The notes under the pieces: generated by a model
Told to the model about the DNA's origin: nothing
What the model saw: only the letters and a program-made list of their open reading frames with translations
Databases searched by the model: none
Made by a program: the position numbers and the translations under genes
In this document: positions 25,405-35,262 of the stretch, piece by piece
Position numbering within the stretch: position 1 is the first letter of the stretch
Layout of the letters: each line of letters starts with the position of its first letter
Assembly: GCA_905478795.1 (NCBI GenBank)
Contig: CAJQJX010000006.1
Span: 1,254 to 65,253 of the forward strand
Length of the DNA: 64,000 bases
Direction of reading: 5' to 3'
Source: an uncultured Flavobacteriales bacterium
Lineage (GTDB): Bacteria > Bacteroidota > Bacteroidia > Flavobacteriales_D > Sanyastnellaceae

Positions 25405-26142
25405 ATGGGACTGCTATTCCATATTGGCCGCTATTTCGCGTTCATGGCATCGGCGCTACGGCGACCGCAAAAAGGCCGCGTCTTTGCGCAAGCAACCGCC
25501 GTTGAGTTGGAGGCCATTGGTGTCCAAAGTTTGGGCATTGTGGCGTTGCTCAGTGTGTTCATGGGAGCAGTGATCGCCATTCAAACCGCGCACCAGGTGG
25601 TCGGCTGGGTGCCGGCTTACACCATAGGATTCACTGTGCGTCAAACCATGATCCTGGAGTTTGCCCCCACGATTATTCCTGTCATCCTTTCTGGGAAGGT
25701 CGGCTCCAACATTGCCTCGCAGATTGGAACGATGCAGGTGACAGAGCAAATCGATGCCCTTGAAGTCATGGGTGTGCGCAGCATCTCCCACTTGGTGCTG
25801 CCTAAGTTGATCGCCGCCGTTTTCATTTTCCCCTTCCTCGTGATTGTAGCCATGGTACTCGGTATTGGTGCAGGTGCTTGGATTTGCATGGCGGCCGACC
25901 TGAGCAGCTTGGCGGATTACGAATACGGCATTCAGATGGACTTTCGCTCCTTTGACGTGACCTACGCCCTGATCAAAACTTGTTTGTTTGCTCTGATCAT
26001 CACCAGCGTCAGTGCCTACCACGGATATCATACTTCTGGAGGCGCCAAAGAAGTGGGTCGGTCGAGTACGAAAGCCGTGGTATACAGCGTGGTCATCGTC
26101 ATGGTGGCCAATCTGGTGATCACACAACTGCTGCTCACATGA
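25405..26142 (+). CDS. mlaE: MlaE-family ABC transporter permease
   Basis: SGKVGSNIASQIGTMQVTEQIDALEVMGVRSISHLVLPK is the MlaE signature region. The 82 aa upstream in the ORF track overlap the preceding gene and were trimmed. Confidence 0.85.
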   Translation: MGLLFHIGRYFAFMASALRRPQKGRVFAQATAVELEAIGVQSLGIVALLSVFMGAVIAIQTAHQVVGWVPAYTIGFTVRQTMILEFAPTIIPVILSGKVGSNIASQIGTMQVTEQIDALEVMGVRSISHLVLPKLIAAVFIFPFLVIVAMVLGIGAGAWICMAADLSSLADYEYGIQMDFRSFDVTYALIKTCLFALIITSVSAYHGYHTSGGAKEVGRSSTKAVVYSVVIVMVANLVITQLLLT

Positions 26143-26900
26143 TTCAGGTCCGTGGGGTAGACAAGGCGTTTGGAGAGAAAGCGGTCTTGCACGGCATCGA
26201 CGCGAAATTTGATGCCGGCCAGGTCAATTTCATCATTGGCCGCAGTGGTTCCGGAAAGTCGGTGCTGACCAAGTGCATTGTAGGCTTGCTAGAAGTGGAT
26301 GCGGGCACCATTCAATACGCTGGCGAGGACTTCACTGGGTTGACGCCTAAGGAACGCGAGGGCATTCGGTTGCAAATCGGCATGCTCTTCCAAGGGGGCG
26401 CCTTATTTGATTCCATGACGGTTTTGGAAAACGTGGTGTTTCCCCTGCGGATGTTCAGTTCGATGGGGACGGAGGAGCGCACGGAGCGTGCTATGGAATG
26501 CCTCAAGCGGGTGGAGCTTGAAGGGGCGGAGCACCGTTTTCCTGCAGAAATATCAGGGGGCATGCAAAAACGGGTGGCGTTGGCCCGCGCCATCGTAGGG
26601 CGTCCGCGCTATTTGTTTTGCGACGAGCCCAATTCCGGCTTGGACCCACAAACGGCCATCGTTATTGACAACCTGATTCGCGACCTGACTCAGGAGTACA
26701 AAACCACCACGGTGGTCATTTCTCACGACATGAACAGCGTGATCGAGATCGGGGACAACATCCACTTTCTTCATAAAGGGAGTGTGGCTTGGCGCGGTGA
26801 CCGCAAGGGCATTTTGGACAGCGGCGTCAAAGAGCTGGACACTTTTGTCTACGCTTCCGACCTCATGCGCAACATCAAGGCCAAATTGCAGGGACGATGA
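26139..26900 (+). CDS. mlaF: MlaF-like ABC transporter ATP-binding protein
   Basis: Walker A GRSGSGKS, the ABC signature ISGGMQKRVALARA and Walker B YLFCDEP. The ATG overlaps the mlaE stop (ATGA). Confidence 0.9.
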   Translation: MIQVRGVDKAFGEKAVLHGIDAKFDAGQVNFIIGRSGSGKSVLTKCIVGLLEVDAGTIQYAGEDFTGLTPKEREGIRLQIGMLFQGGALFDSMTVLENVVFPLRMFSSMGTEERTERAMECLKRVELEGAEHRFPAEISGGMQKRVALARAIVGRPRYLFCDEPNSGLDPQTAIVIDNLIRDLTQEYKTTTVVISHDMNSVIEIGDNIHFLHKGSVAWRGDRKGILDSGVKELDTFVYASDLMRNIKAKLQGR

Positions 26901-27586
26901 CGTCCGAGGACACCCCCCACATTCCCTACAACCTGCCGCGCCAATCCAGCGAGGAAATGCGCGAGAGGCTGGATGCCATGTATGCACACCTGTCGAACAG
27001 ACGCAGTGTTCGCACGTTTAGTTCAGAACCCATTCCATTGGAATTATTGGAACGGGCCATTCAAATCGCAGGTACAGCGCCCAGCGGAGCCCATAAACAG
27101 CCATGGAGTTTTTGCATCGTCACAGATCCTGATCTGCGGGCGCGCATTCGACAGGCTGTTGAAGAGGAAGAGCTGCGGAGTTACACCGAGCGGATGTCCG
27201 AACGTTGGCTCGAGGACCTTGCCCCCTTGGCAACAGACCACATCAAGCCTTTCATTGAAGAGGCCCCTGCTTTGATCATTGTCTTTAGAAGGGTCTATGA
27301 GGTCGACCCAGAATCCGGTGACCGCCACCCGAACTACTACGTGCAAGAAAGTTGTGGAATCGCAGTCGGCTTGCTGCTGGCAGCCCTGCACGAGGCGGGC
27401 ATAGCTGCGCTGACCCACACGCCTTCTCCGATGAATTTTCTGGGGTCACTGCTTGGCCGTCCCGACAATGAGCGCGCTTTTCTGAACATACCGGTCGGAT
27501 GGCCCGCAAATGGAACCACAGTGCCTAATCTTTCGCGCAAAACGTTGGACGAAATTTGTACACATTACCAAAAAGGGGATAAATAG
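26897..27586 (+). CDS. nitroreductase-superfamily flavoprotein, iodotyrosine deiodinase (IYD)-like
   Basis: Collinear with human IYD as I recall it: RRSVR, AGTAPSGAH.QPW.F, DPD, EEEE...Y..RM..RW..DL, AP.LI, YY, LLAAL, LLGRP, PVG.P and TVP.L.RK.LD.I. The ATG overlaps the mlaF stop (ATGA). Confidence 0.85.
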   Translation: MTSEDTPHIPYNLPRQSSEEMRERLDAMYAHLSNRRSVRTFSSEPIPLELLERAIQIAGTAPSGAHKQPWSFCIVTDPDLRARIRQAVEEEELRSYTERMSERWLEDLAPLATDHIKPFIEEAPALIIVFRRVYEVDPESGDRHPNYYVQESCGIAVGLLLAALHEAGIAALTHTPSPMNFLGSLLGRPDNERAFLNIPVGWPANGTTVPNLSRKTLDEICTHYQKGDK

Positions 27587-27729
27587 TGGTTGTTTCAAAA
27601 CACTGATTTAAAGAGGCTTAGGGTTGTTTTCAACCAAAAAAAAGGGAACTTTGACGAATCATTGTTTTTGGGGTCGGACACTTAAAAGAGAGGCGTTTAC
27701 TTTGCACCGCATTCGCAACACCTTTAATC

Positions 27730-27963
27730 ATGTCTGATATCCGCGAAAAAGTGACCGCAATCATCGTCGACAAGCTCGGCGTAGAAGCTTCCGAAGTGAA
27801 CGATGCGGCTGGATTCACCAACGACCTCGGAGCGGATTCGCTCGACACAGTTGAGTTGATCATGGAATTCGAAAAGGAATTCAACATCGCTATCCCCGAT
27901 GATCAAGCCGAGAAAATCGGCACGGTCGGCCAAGCCATCGAGTACATCGAAAACGCAAAGTAA
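27730..27963 (+). CDS. acpP: acyl carrier protein
   Basis: 77 aa with the phosphopantetheine site [16 protein letters not shown]. Confidence 0.95.
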   Translation: MSDIREKVTAIIVDKLGVEASEVNDAAGFTNDLGADSLDTVELIMEFEKEFNIAIPDDQAEKIGTVGQAIEYIENAK

Positions 27964-27971
27964 GCCCCGCT

Positions 27972-29219
27972 ATGGAGCTGAACCGTGTCGTCATCACGGG
28001 GATGGGTTGCCTCACACCGTTAGGCAAGGACGTTCCCTCTTACTTCGACGCGTTGAAACGCGGGGTCAGCGGCGCTGGTCCCATCACCCGTTTCGATGCA
28101 TCCAAGTTCAAGACGCAGTTTGCCTGCGAAATCAAGGACTGGGACCCCAGTGAACACTTCGACAGGAAGGAGGCACGCAAGTTGGACCCCTATGCCCAAT
28201 ACGGCATTGTGGCGGCCAGACAAGCTGTGGCTCAATCCGGTCTCGTCGAATCCAACCCTGACCCAGATCGGGTAGGGGTCATTTTCGGCAGTGGCATTGG
28301 TGGCCTGTTCACGTTTCAGCAGGAGATCACGGCTTTTGCCCAGGGAGACGGCACCCCGCGTTTTAACCCCTTCTTTATCCCAAAGATGATCGGTGACATT
28401 TGCGCCGGTCACATCAGCATGGAATACGGATTCCGGGGCCCGAATTACGCCTGCGTTTCGGCCTGTGCCAGCGCGACCAATGCCATCATCGATGCGTTCA
28501 CAGCCATCAGGTACGGCAAAGCCGATGCCATGATTAGTGGAGGTGCAGAAGCTGCGGTGGTCGAGGCTGGAATCGGCGGCTTTGGTGCCATGAAGGCATT
28601 GTCCACCCGCAATGATGACCCCAGTGTGGCTTCGCGTCCATTTGACGTCAACCGAGATGGGTTTGTCCTTGGAGAAGGGGCGGGCGCATTGGTTTTGGAG
28701 TCTCTGGAACACGCTCAAGCACGTGGCGCCCACATCATTTGTGAGGTCATGGGTGGAGGGGCATCTGCTGACGCCCACCACATGACGGCGCCTCATCCAG
28801 AAGGGCTGGGGGCACGCAATGTGATGCGAGCAGCCTTGCAGGATGCCGGCATGTCACCGGACGAGTTGGATTATGTCAATGTCCACGGAACATCGACTCC
28901 TTTGGGGGATTTGGCCGAGGTCAAAGCCATTGAAGAGGTCTTTGGAGAACATGCCCCATCGCTGAGTATTTCGAGTACCAAGTCGATGACCGGACACCTC
29001 TTGGGTGCTGCGGGAGCCATCGAAACCTTGGCTTGCATCATGGCAGTAACCGAAGATGTGGTGCCTCCCACGATCAATTCCACCGATCCCGATCCGGCCT
29101 TAAACCAAAACTTGGATTACACCTTCAATGTGAAGCGTGAACGTCCAGTAAGGGCGGCTTTGTCCAACACCTTTGGCTTCGGCGGCCACAACGCTTCGGT
29201 CATCGTTCGCAAGTTCTGA
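27972..29219 (+). CDS. fabF: 3-oxoacyl-ACP synthase II
   Basis: 415 aa with ACVSACASATNAI (active-site Cys), VNVHGTSTPLGD and NTFGFGGHN. Confidence 0.95.
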   Translation: MELNRVVITGMGCLTPLGKDVPSYFDALKRGVSGAGPITRFDASKFKTQFACEIKDWDPSEHFDRKEARKLDPYAQYGIVAARQAVAQSGLVESNPDPDRVGVIFGSGIGGLFTFQQEITAFAQGDGTPRFNPFFIPKMIGDICAGHISMEYGFRGPNYACVSACASATNAIIDAFTAIRYGKADAMISGGAEAAVVEAGIGGFGAMKALSTRNDDPSVASRPFDVNRDGFVLGEGAGALVLESLEHAQARGAHIICEVMGGGASADAHHMTAPHPEGLGARNVMRAALQDAGMSPDELDYVNVHGTSTPLGDLAEVKAIEEVFGEHAPSLSISSTKSMTGHLLGAAGAIETLACIMAVTEDVVPPTINSTDPDPALNQNLDYTFNVKRERPVRAALSNTFGFGGHNASVIVRKF

Positions 29220-29923
29220 TGGCGCTGGGGCGCAGGGACAGTCGAGAAAAACGCATACGTCGGTTCATACGCCGGCACTTTGGGGTCAGGCCCCGCAACT
29301 TGGAGCCTTATCGTGAGTCGCTCAGGCATTCCAGCTCTACGGATTGCCAGCGCGATGGACTGCCTAGCAACGAGCGCTTGGAGTTTTTGGGTGATTCTGT
29401 CCTTGACATGATTGTGGTCGACATGCTGTTCCGCAAGTTTCCCAATGACGATGAGGGCGAGATGACCAGAATGAAGGCCCGATTGGTTAGCAGGGAGGCC
29501 TTGAATTTTCTGGGCGAGGAAATTGGCGTGGAGCATTTGCTCGATGCGCAGACCGGAAAAGGCGCGGTACATGCCTCGCTTCGCGGCAATGCCATGGAGG
29601 CTTTGGTTGGCGCGGTCTACTTGGACAGGGGGTTCAGACGGACCCAACGCGCGGTGCTCAAGTTGCTCAAGAGGTTCGATTTGGACACACGCATCCAGGC
29701 TACAGTAGACTTTAAGAGCAAATTGCACGAGTGGGGACAGAAGAGAAAGCGCAAGGTGCAGTTCAATGTGATCCGCGAATTCAAGCGGGATGGGCAGCAA
29801 TTGTATCAGATGCAAGTCTTGGTTGGAGGGAAGGTGATGGGCACTTCAGATGGCCCATCCAAAAAGTCGGCCGAGCAGGCTGCGGCCCGCGAGGCCTGTC
29901 GTCATATCTTCGGCGACGATTAG
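29219..29923 (+). CDS. rnc: ribonuclease III
   Basis: NERLEFLGDSVLD signature and the C-terminal dsRBD motif GPSKKSAEQAAAREA. The start overlaps the fabF stop. Confidence 0.9.
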   Translation: MALGRRDSREKRIRRFIRRHFGVRPRNLEPYRESLRHSSSTDCQRDGLPSNERLEFLGDSVLDMIVVDMLFRKFPNDDEGEMTRMKARLVSREALNFLGEEIGVEHLLDAQTGKGAVHASLRGNAMEALVGAVYLDRGFRRTQRAVLKLLKRFDLDTRIQATVDFKSKLHEWGQKRKRKVQFNVIREFKRDGQQLYQMQVLVGGKVMGTSDGPSKKSAEQAAAREACRHIFGDD

Positions 29924-29950
29924 GGCTCCAGTTAGAACGGGTCCCCGCCC

Positions 29951-30373
29951 ATGCGCACTGTCCAACTCGACATCGGGGATGAAACCATTCCTTATGCCTT
30001 TCTGGGTGTCAGCTGCACTGATGCCGGGCACAAGTTTTGCTGGAACCTCAATCGCACACTCGGTACACACCTCGGGTATCACGTTGAGCTGGAGGTGACG
30101 CACAAAAAGAAGCGTCCTATGACCCGACATTGTGTCTGGCGTCATCAAGACGAAGAAGAAGGCTACACCTTCGATGTGATATGGAATCGGGTACCGGAAG
30201 GGGCAATGATCCCCACGCTGGTCCACTTTGATTACCTGATTCGGGTAGAATCAATGATGGGCGAAAGGGCAGAATCGTTGATGGAGGCATTGCGTGCCAT
30301 GCGGAGGGTAGCAGCTTGCTTTCCCGTCGCGGCTTCTGCCATCACGCAGCCAGAGGTGTTGTACTACGAATAA
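29951..30373 (+). CDS. IPExxxVDY-family protein (conserved Bacteroidota hypothetical found next to rnc)
   Basis: 140 aa. The motif IPTLVHFDY fits the IPExxxVDY spacing. Its position between rnc and pyk is the usual one as I recall. Confidence 0.55.
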   Translation: MRTVQLDIGDETIPYAFLGVSCTDAGHKFCWNLNRTLGTHLGYHVELEVTHKKKRPMTRHCVWRHQDEEEGYTFDVIWNRVPEGAMIPTLVHFDYLIRVESMMGERAESLMEALRAMRRVAACFPVAASAITQPEVLYYE

Positions 30374-30384
30374 GGCTCGAAAAA

Positions 30385-30392
30385 TAGAATTG
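30385..30392 (+). promoter_or_regulatory. -7-like box TAGAATTG, 4 nt upstream of the pyk ATG
   Basis: TAGAATTG-AACC-ATG(30397). Confidence 0.25.
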
Positions 30393-30396
30393 AACC

Positions 30397-31818
30397 ATGC
30401 CAGTTAAGTTTACCAAAATCATTGCCACTGTTGGTCCAGCGAGCATTTCGTCTGAAGTGCTTGAAGGCATGATCAAAGAGGGGGTCAATGTGATCCGCCT
30501 CAACTTTTCTCATGGCGATTACCCCACCCATGCCACGACGGTAGAGCGTGTTCGTGAGGTGGACAAAAAGCTAGGCACCCACACCGCTTTGCTGGCAGAC
30601 ATGCAAGGGCCCAAGCTGAGGGTCGGCCCTATGGCGGCTGAATCCGACTTGAAGGCCGGCAGCGAGTTCACCATTCACGTGGGGACAGAAGAAGGGAACA
30701 GCTCAGAGGCTTGGACCAATTACGTCCATTTCGCAGAGGATGTTAAGCCCGGCGAGCCGGTCTTGTTGGACGATGGCAAACTCAAATTGCGCGTCGAAGA
30801 AACCAATGGAAAGGACACCGTGAAGTGCACGGTGGTGCACGGAGGCATTCTCTCCTCTCGCAAGGGACTCAACCTGCCCTCTACAGACATCAGCTTGCCG
30901 AGCCTCACAGATAAGGACCGCGCAGACCTCGATTTTGCGTTGGGTCTGGGCGTGGATTGGGTCGGATTGAGTTTTGTTCGGACCTCCGCTGATGTGATCG
31001 ACCTCAAGGACCGCATCGCCAAGGCGGGGAGCCATGCCCGTGTTGTGGCCAAAGTCGAAAAGCCCGAGGCGGTGGATGATTTAGAGGGGATTGTCGAAGC
31101 CACTGACGCCGTTATGATTGCGCGAGGTGACCTGGGTGTGGAAGTGCCCATGCAGAAGGTGCCGATGATTCAGAAGCGCATCATTGGGTTGTGCCAGCGC
31201 AGCGGAAAGCCTGTGATTGTGGCCACTCAGATGATGGAGTCCATGATTGAGAGCATTGCGCCTACCCGCGCAGAGGTGACCGACGTGGCCAATGCGGTAT
31301 TGGACGGTGCAGACGCGGTCATGCTCAGCGGTGAGACGTCGGTAGGAGCCCATCCTATTGAGGTCATTAAAGCCATGTGCTCCATTGTCATGGAGATCGA
31401 AAAGGAAGACCACATCTTCCACAGAAACATGGCCTTTGAGGACGACCGTCCTGAGCGTTTTGTGACGGATGCCATTTGCTACAATGCCTGTGACCTTGCA
31501 GAGCGGGTCAAGGCATCGGCGATTGTGACCATGACGTTTTCAGGCTATACAGCTTACAAGGTGGCAAGTCAGCGCCCCAAGGCCCTGATTTATGTGTTCA
31601 CGGGAAACCGTCAAATCATGGGGCAAATGGCCTTATGCTGGGGTGTTGAAGCATTCCACTACGACAAGATGATTTCAACCGACCACACCATTTCGGATGT
31701 CAAGACCCTGTTGCAACGGGCAGAAAAGGTGTCAAGCGGCGATTACATCATCCACGTTGCCAGCATGCCCATTGCAGAGGCGGGCATGTCCAACATGTTA
31801 AAAATCAGCCGGGTCTAA
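30397..31818 (+). CDS. pyk: pyruvate kinase
   Basis: TKIIATVGPAS, NFSHG, MIARGDLGVEVP and MLSGETS. Confidence 0.95.
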   Translation: MPVKFTKIIATVGPASISSEVLEGMIKEGVNVIRLNFSHGDYPTHATTVERVREVDKKLGTHTALLADMQGPKLRVGPMAAESDLKAGSEFTIHVGTEEGNSSEAWTNYVHFAEDVKPGEPVLLDDGKLKLRVEETNGKDTVKCTVVHGGILSSRKGLNLPSTDISLPSLTDKDRADLDFALGLGVDWVGLSFVRTSADVIDLKDRIAKAGSHARVVAKVEKPEAVDDLEGIVEATDAVMIARGDLGVEVPMQKVPMIQKRIIGLCQRSGKPVIVATQMMESMIESIAPTRAEVTDVANAVLDGADAVMLSGETSVGAHPIEVIKAMCSIVMEIEKEDHIFHRNMAFEDDRPERFVTDAICYNACDLAERVKASAIVTMTFSGYTAYKVASQRPKALIYVFTGNRQIMGQMALCWGVEAFHYDKMISTDHTISDVKTLLQRAEKVSSGDYIIHVASMPIAEAGMSNMLKISRV

Positions 31819-31899
31819 GGGTTCCTTGCCCTGCGGGTCCGGGCTATCTTCGCGCGACCGGTTTCACCCAGCCCTGGGTTGGATCGGTTGACCAGCACG

Positions 31900-34800
31900 A
31901 TGACCCGACGATTTCCCGAAAGAGGCCCCCTCGACCTTCCTGGCATCGCACAGGAGGTGATGCAGCAATGGGAGGAAGGTGACGTATTCCGCAGGAGTGT
32001 GGAGTCGCGCCCAACCGACCACAGATTCGTCTTCTTTGAAGGCCCCCCTTCTGCCAACGGCAAGCCCGGCATTCACCACGTCATGGGCCGCGCCCTCAAG
32101 GACATTTTTTGCCGCTACCGCACACTCAAAGGAGAGCGCGTAGAGCGCAAAGCCGGATGGGACACCCACGGTCTTCCTGTGGAGTTGGGTGTCGAAAAGG
32201 CATTGGGAATCACCAAAGAGGACATTGGCCGCACCATTTCGGTGGAGGAATACAACAACGCGTGTCGAGAGTCGGTGATGCGTTACACAGAAGAATGGAA
32301 CGACCTGACGCGCCGAATGGGTTATTGGGTCGACATGGACGCCCCTTACGTCACCTACGATCCCAAATACATGGAGAGCGTCTGGTGGCTGCTCTCTCAG
32401 TTGTACTCCAAAGGGCTGATTTATAAAGGCTACACCATTCAGCCATACAGCCCGAAAGCTGGAACGGGCCTCAGCAGCCACGAACTCAACCAACCTGGGG
32501 CATACCGCGATGTGACCGACACGACAGTGGTGGCACAGTTCCGGGTGGTTGCAGCCGATGCCGGTCGGTTCAGCGGCTGGACCAACGGAGCCACAGAAGG
32601 CCAGCCCGTGGACTTGCTGGCTTGGACCACCACGCCTTGGACCTTGCCTTCCAACACCGCCCTCACCGTAGGGGCCAACATCTCCTACAACATCGTCCGC
32701 ACCGCAAACAGGTATACGGGCGAAGAAGGCACCGTCGTGTTGGCAGAAGCCCTCTTTGCCAAGCACTTTTCCGGCAAGAATGCACCCGAATCGGAGGTAT
32801 TGGCCACTGTCAAAGGATCGGATTTGGTGGGCATCTGCTATGAGCAGCTCATTCCATGGGCCCAGCCTATGAGCGATGCCGACCAGGCATTCCGGGTGAT
32901 TGCAGGCGACTTTGTCACCACCGAGGACGGCACGGGCATTGTGCATACCGCCCCCACTTTTGGCGCAGATGACGCCCGGGTGGCCGTTGCAGCAGGGGTG
33001 CCTCCTTTGCTCGTTGACGACGGCAACGGCCAAGGCGTTCCTTTGGTGGACCTCCAGGGGCGATTCCGTCCTGAGTGCGGGCCTTTGGCTGGTCGATTTG
33101 TCAAGCAGGAATACCACGACGGCGACGCTCCGGAGAGGTCTGTAGACGTCGAGATCGCCATTGACCTCAAAACCCGTGGCCGCGCATTTTTGGTGGAGAA
33201 ATACAAGCACAGCTATCCGCATTGCTGGCGTACAGACCGCCCTGTGCTGTATTACCCCTTGGACAGTTGGTTCATTCGGGCTACAGCCGCGAAGGAGCGG
33301 ATGCAGGCGCTCAATCAGACCATACAGTGGCAACCTGCCGCCACGGGCTCAGGGCGCTTTGGAAAGTGGCTCGAGAACTTAAACGATTGGAACCTGAGCC
33401 GCTCGCGATACTGGGGCATCCCCATCCCCATTTGGCGAACAGAAGACGGCAGTGAAGAGCGCTGCATGGGTTCCGTAGAAGAGCTGTATGCAGCGTGCAC
33501 AGAAGCGGTGGAAGCCGGCCTCATGGCCGCCCACCCGTTTCCCGACTTCGTACCCGGTGACATGTCGGACGCCAACTATGCGCACATTGACCTGCACAAG
33601 CATGTGGTCGACGAAATTGTCTTGAAGGCATCGGATGGGCGGCCCATGCGCCGTGAGTCTGACCTGATCGATGTCTGGTTCGATTCTGGCAGCATGCCCT
33701 ATGCCCAGTGGCACTATCCTTTTGAAAACAAGGACCGCGTTGACGGACCCGATGGGGGCCTGTCTTTTCCAGCCGATTTTATTGCCGAAGGCGTCGACCA
33801 GACCCGTGGATGGTTCTACACGTTGCATGCCATCGCCACCATGGTCTTTGATCAAGTGGCCTTCCGCACGGTGATGTCGAACGGCCTTGTTTTGGACAAA
33901 GCGGGACAGAAAATGTCCAAGCGTCTGGGCAATGCCGTGGATCCGTTTGAAACACTGGAGCGGTTTGGTCCCGACGCTACGCGTTGGTACATGATCACCA
34001 ATGCCCAGCCATGGGACAACCTGCGGTTTGATACGGAAGGCATCGCGGAGGTCCAGCGCAAGTTCTTTGGCACGTTGCACAATACTTACGCCTTCTTGGC
34101 GCTGTATGCGGGCATCGACGGTTTTGACCCGGCTGCCGACGCACCGGCTGCCGAGACCCGTCCAGAGTTGGACCGTTGGATATTAAGCAGACTGCATACT
34201 TGTATCTCCGAGGTCCAGGCATCTTTTGACGCCTTTGAGCCAACGCGGGCAGGAAGGACCATTCAGTCTTTTGTGGTGGATGACCTGAGCAATTGGTACG
34301 TCCGTTTGGGGCGCCGCCGGTTCTGGAAAAGCGACTCAGACGAAGACAAATCTGCTGCTTATGCGACTCTGCACACCTGTCTTCAGACGGTTTCGGTGTT
34401 GATGTCGCCCATCGCCCCCTTCCACTCCGACCGTCTGTGGCAAGACCTGGGAGGCGTGGACTCCGTGCATTTGGCCGATTGGCCGGCAGTGGACGCACAA
34501 CTGCAAGACGCAGAGCTGGAAGCGCGCATGGGCCTCGCCCAAAAACTCAGCTCGCTCACGCTCAGCCTTCGGAAGCGAGAGAAAATCAAGGTGCGACAGC
34601 CCTTGAAGCGGATTTTAGTTCCTGTTTTGGACGCTGGGTTTGGCGACCGGCTTGCGGCGGTCTCTGAACTCGTGAAGGGCGAGGTGAACGTCAAGTCTGT
34701 CGAGCCTTTGGCAGAGGACAGCGGAATTTTGACCAAAAAGCTCAAGGCGGATTTTAAAAAGCTGGGCCCGCGATTCGGAAAGCAAATGAAGCAGGTAGCG

Positions 34801-35259
34801 GCGGGCATTGCGGCGCTTGGTCAAGACGACATCCGCGCATTGGAACAGCGCGGCGCCATTGAATTGACCATAGAGACCGGCACAGTAGAAGTCACCCTTG
34901 ATGACGTTGAGGTGCTCACGGAGGACATCCCCGGATGGCTGGTGGCTGGCGAAGGAGGTTTGACAGTGGCGCTGGACATTGAGATCACCCCGGAATTGAG
35001 GTCAGAGGGCCTTGCCCGGGAGCTGGTCAACCGGATCCAGCAGCGCCGGAAAGACGCTGGGCTGGAAGTAACGGACCGCATCGCATTGACCTTGGATGGC
35101 CCCAGCGAATTGCAAGAATCTGTGGCTTTCAATTTGGACTATATTCGAACCGAAACTCTCGCAGAGCAGTTGGAATGGTCCCCCATGGGCGCCGAAGTGG
35201 AGCGCGAGGAATTGGAAGCACATCTGACCGTGGCGATTTCCATGGTCCCCATTCAATGA
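31900..35259 (+). CDS. ileS: isoleucine--tRNA ligase
   Basis: PSANGKPGIHHVMG is the HIGH motif and GQKMSKRLGN is the KMSKS motif. 1119 aa counted from ATG 31900. Confidence 0.95.
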   Translation: MTRRFPERGPLDLPGIAQEVMQQWEEGDVFRRSVESRPTDHRFVFFEGPPSANGKPGIHHVMGRALKDIFCRYRTLKGERVERKAGWDTHGLPVELGVEKALGITKEDIGRTISVEEYNNACRESVMRYTEEWNDLTRRMGYWVDMDAPYVTYDPKYMESVWWLLSQLYSKGLIYKGYTIQPYSPKAGTGLSSHELNQPGAYRDVTDTTVVAQFRVVAADAGRFSGWTNGATEGQPVDLLAWTTTPWTLPSNTALTVGANISYNIVRTANRYTGEEGTVVLAEALFAKHFSGKNAPESEVLATVKGSDLVGICYEQLIPWAQPMSDADQAFRVIAGDFVTTEDGTGIVHTAPTFGADDARVAVAAGVPPLLVDDGNGQGVPLVDLQGRFRPECGPLAGRFVKQEYHDGDAPERSVDVEIAIDLKTRGRAFLVEKYKHSYPHCWRTDRPVLYYPLDSWFIRATAAKERMQALNQTIQWQPAATGSGRFGKWLENLNDWNLSRSRYWGIPIPIWRTEDGSEERCMGSVEELYAACTEAVEAGLMAAHPFPDFVPGDMSDANYAHIDLHKHVVDEIVLKASDGRPMRRESDLIDVWFDSGSMPYAQWHYPFENKDRVDGPDGGLSFPADFIAEGVDQTRGWFYTLHAIATMVFDQVAFRTVMSNGLVLDKAGQKMSKRLGNAVDPFETLERFGPDATRWYMITNAQPWDNLRFDTEGIAEVQRKFFGTLHNTYAFLALYAGIDGFDPAADAPAAETRPELDRWILSRLHTCISEVQASFDAFEPTRAGRTIQSFVVDDLSNWYVRLGRRRFWKSDSDEDKSAAYATLHTCLQTVSVLMSPIAPFHSDRLWQDLGGVDSVHLADWPAVDAQLQDAELEARMGLAQKLSSLTLSLRKREKIKVRQPLKRILVPVLDAGFGDRLAAVSELVKGEVNVKSVEPLAEDSGILTKKLKADFKKLGPRFGKQMKQVAAGIAALGQDDIRALEQRGAIELTIETGTVEVTLDDVEVLTEDIPGWLVAGEGGLTVALDIEITPELRSEGLARELVNRIQQRRKDAGLEVTDRIALTLDGPSELQESVAFNLDYIRTETLAEQLEWSPMGAEVEREELEAHLTVAISMVPIQ

Positions 35260-35262
35260 AAC

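Noticed and set aside
27587-27729. Near-duplicate 14-mers GGTTGTTTCAAAAC and GGTTGTTTTCAACC, and a TACTTTGCA box, upstream of acpP
   Set aside because: This may be a fatty-acid regulator site plus promoter. However, the repeats are imperfect, AT-rich and seen only once. The evidence is insufficient to call a feature. The TACTTTGCA heptamer also occurs upstream of the YfiR-like gene at about 56712-56720, which fits a promoter box rather than a specific operator.
31819-31899. T-box or other riboswitch leaders upstream of the aminoacyl-tRNA synthetase genes (ileS, leuS, metG)
   Set aside because: The spacers are only 6-81 nt, too short for a T-box. No specifier or terminator-antiterminator structures are visible.
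31864-33333. 489-aa ORF on the minus strand
   Set aside because: It is fully antisense to ileS, whose identity is unambiguous (HIGH and KMSKS motifs). The translation is Arg/Gly/His/Val-rich with no recognisable motif. This is typical of open antisense frames in GC-rich coding DNA.
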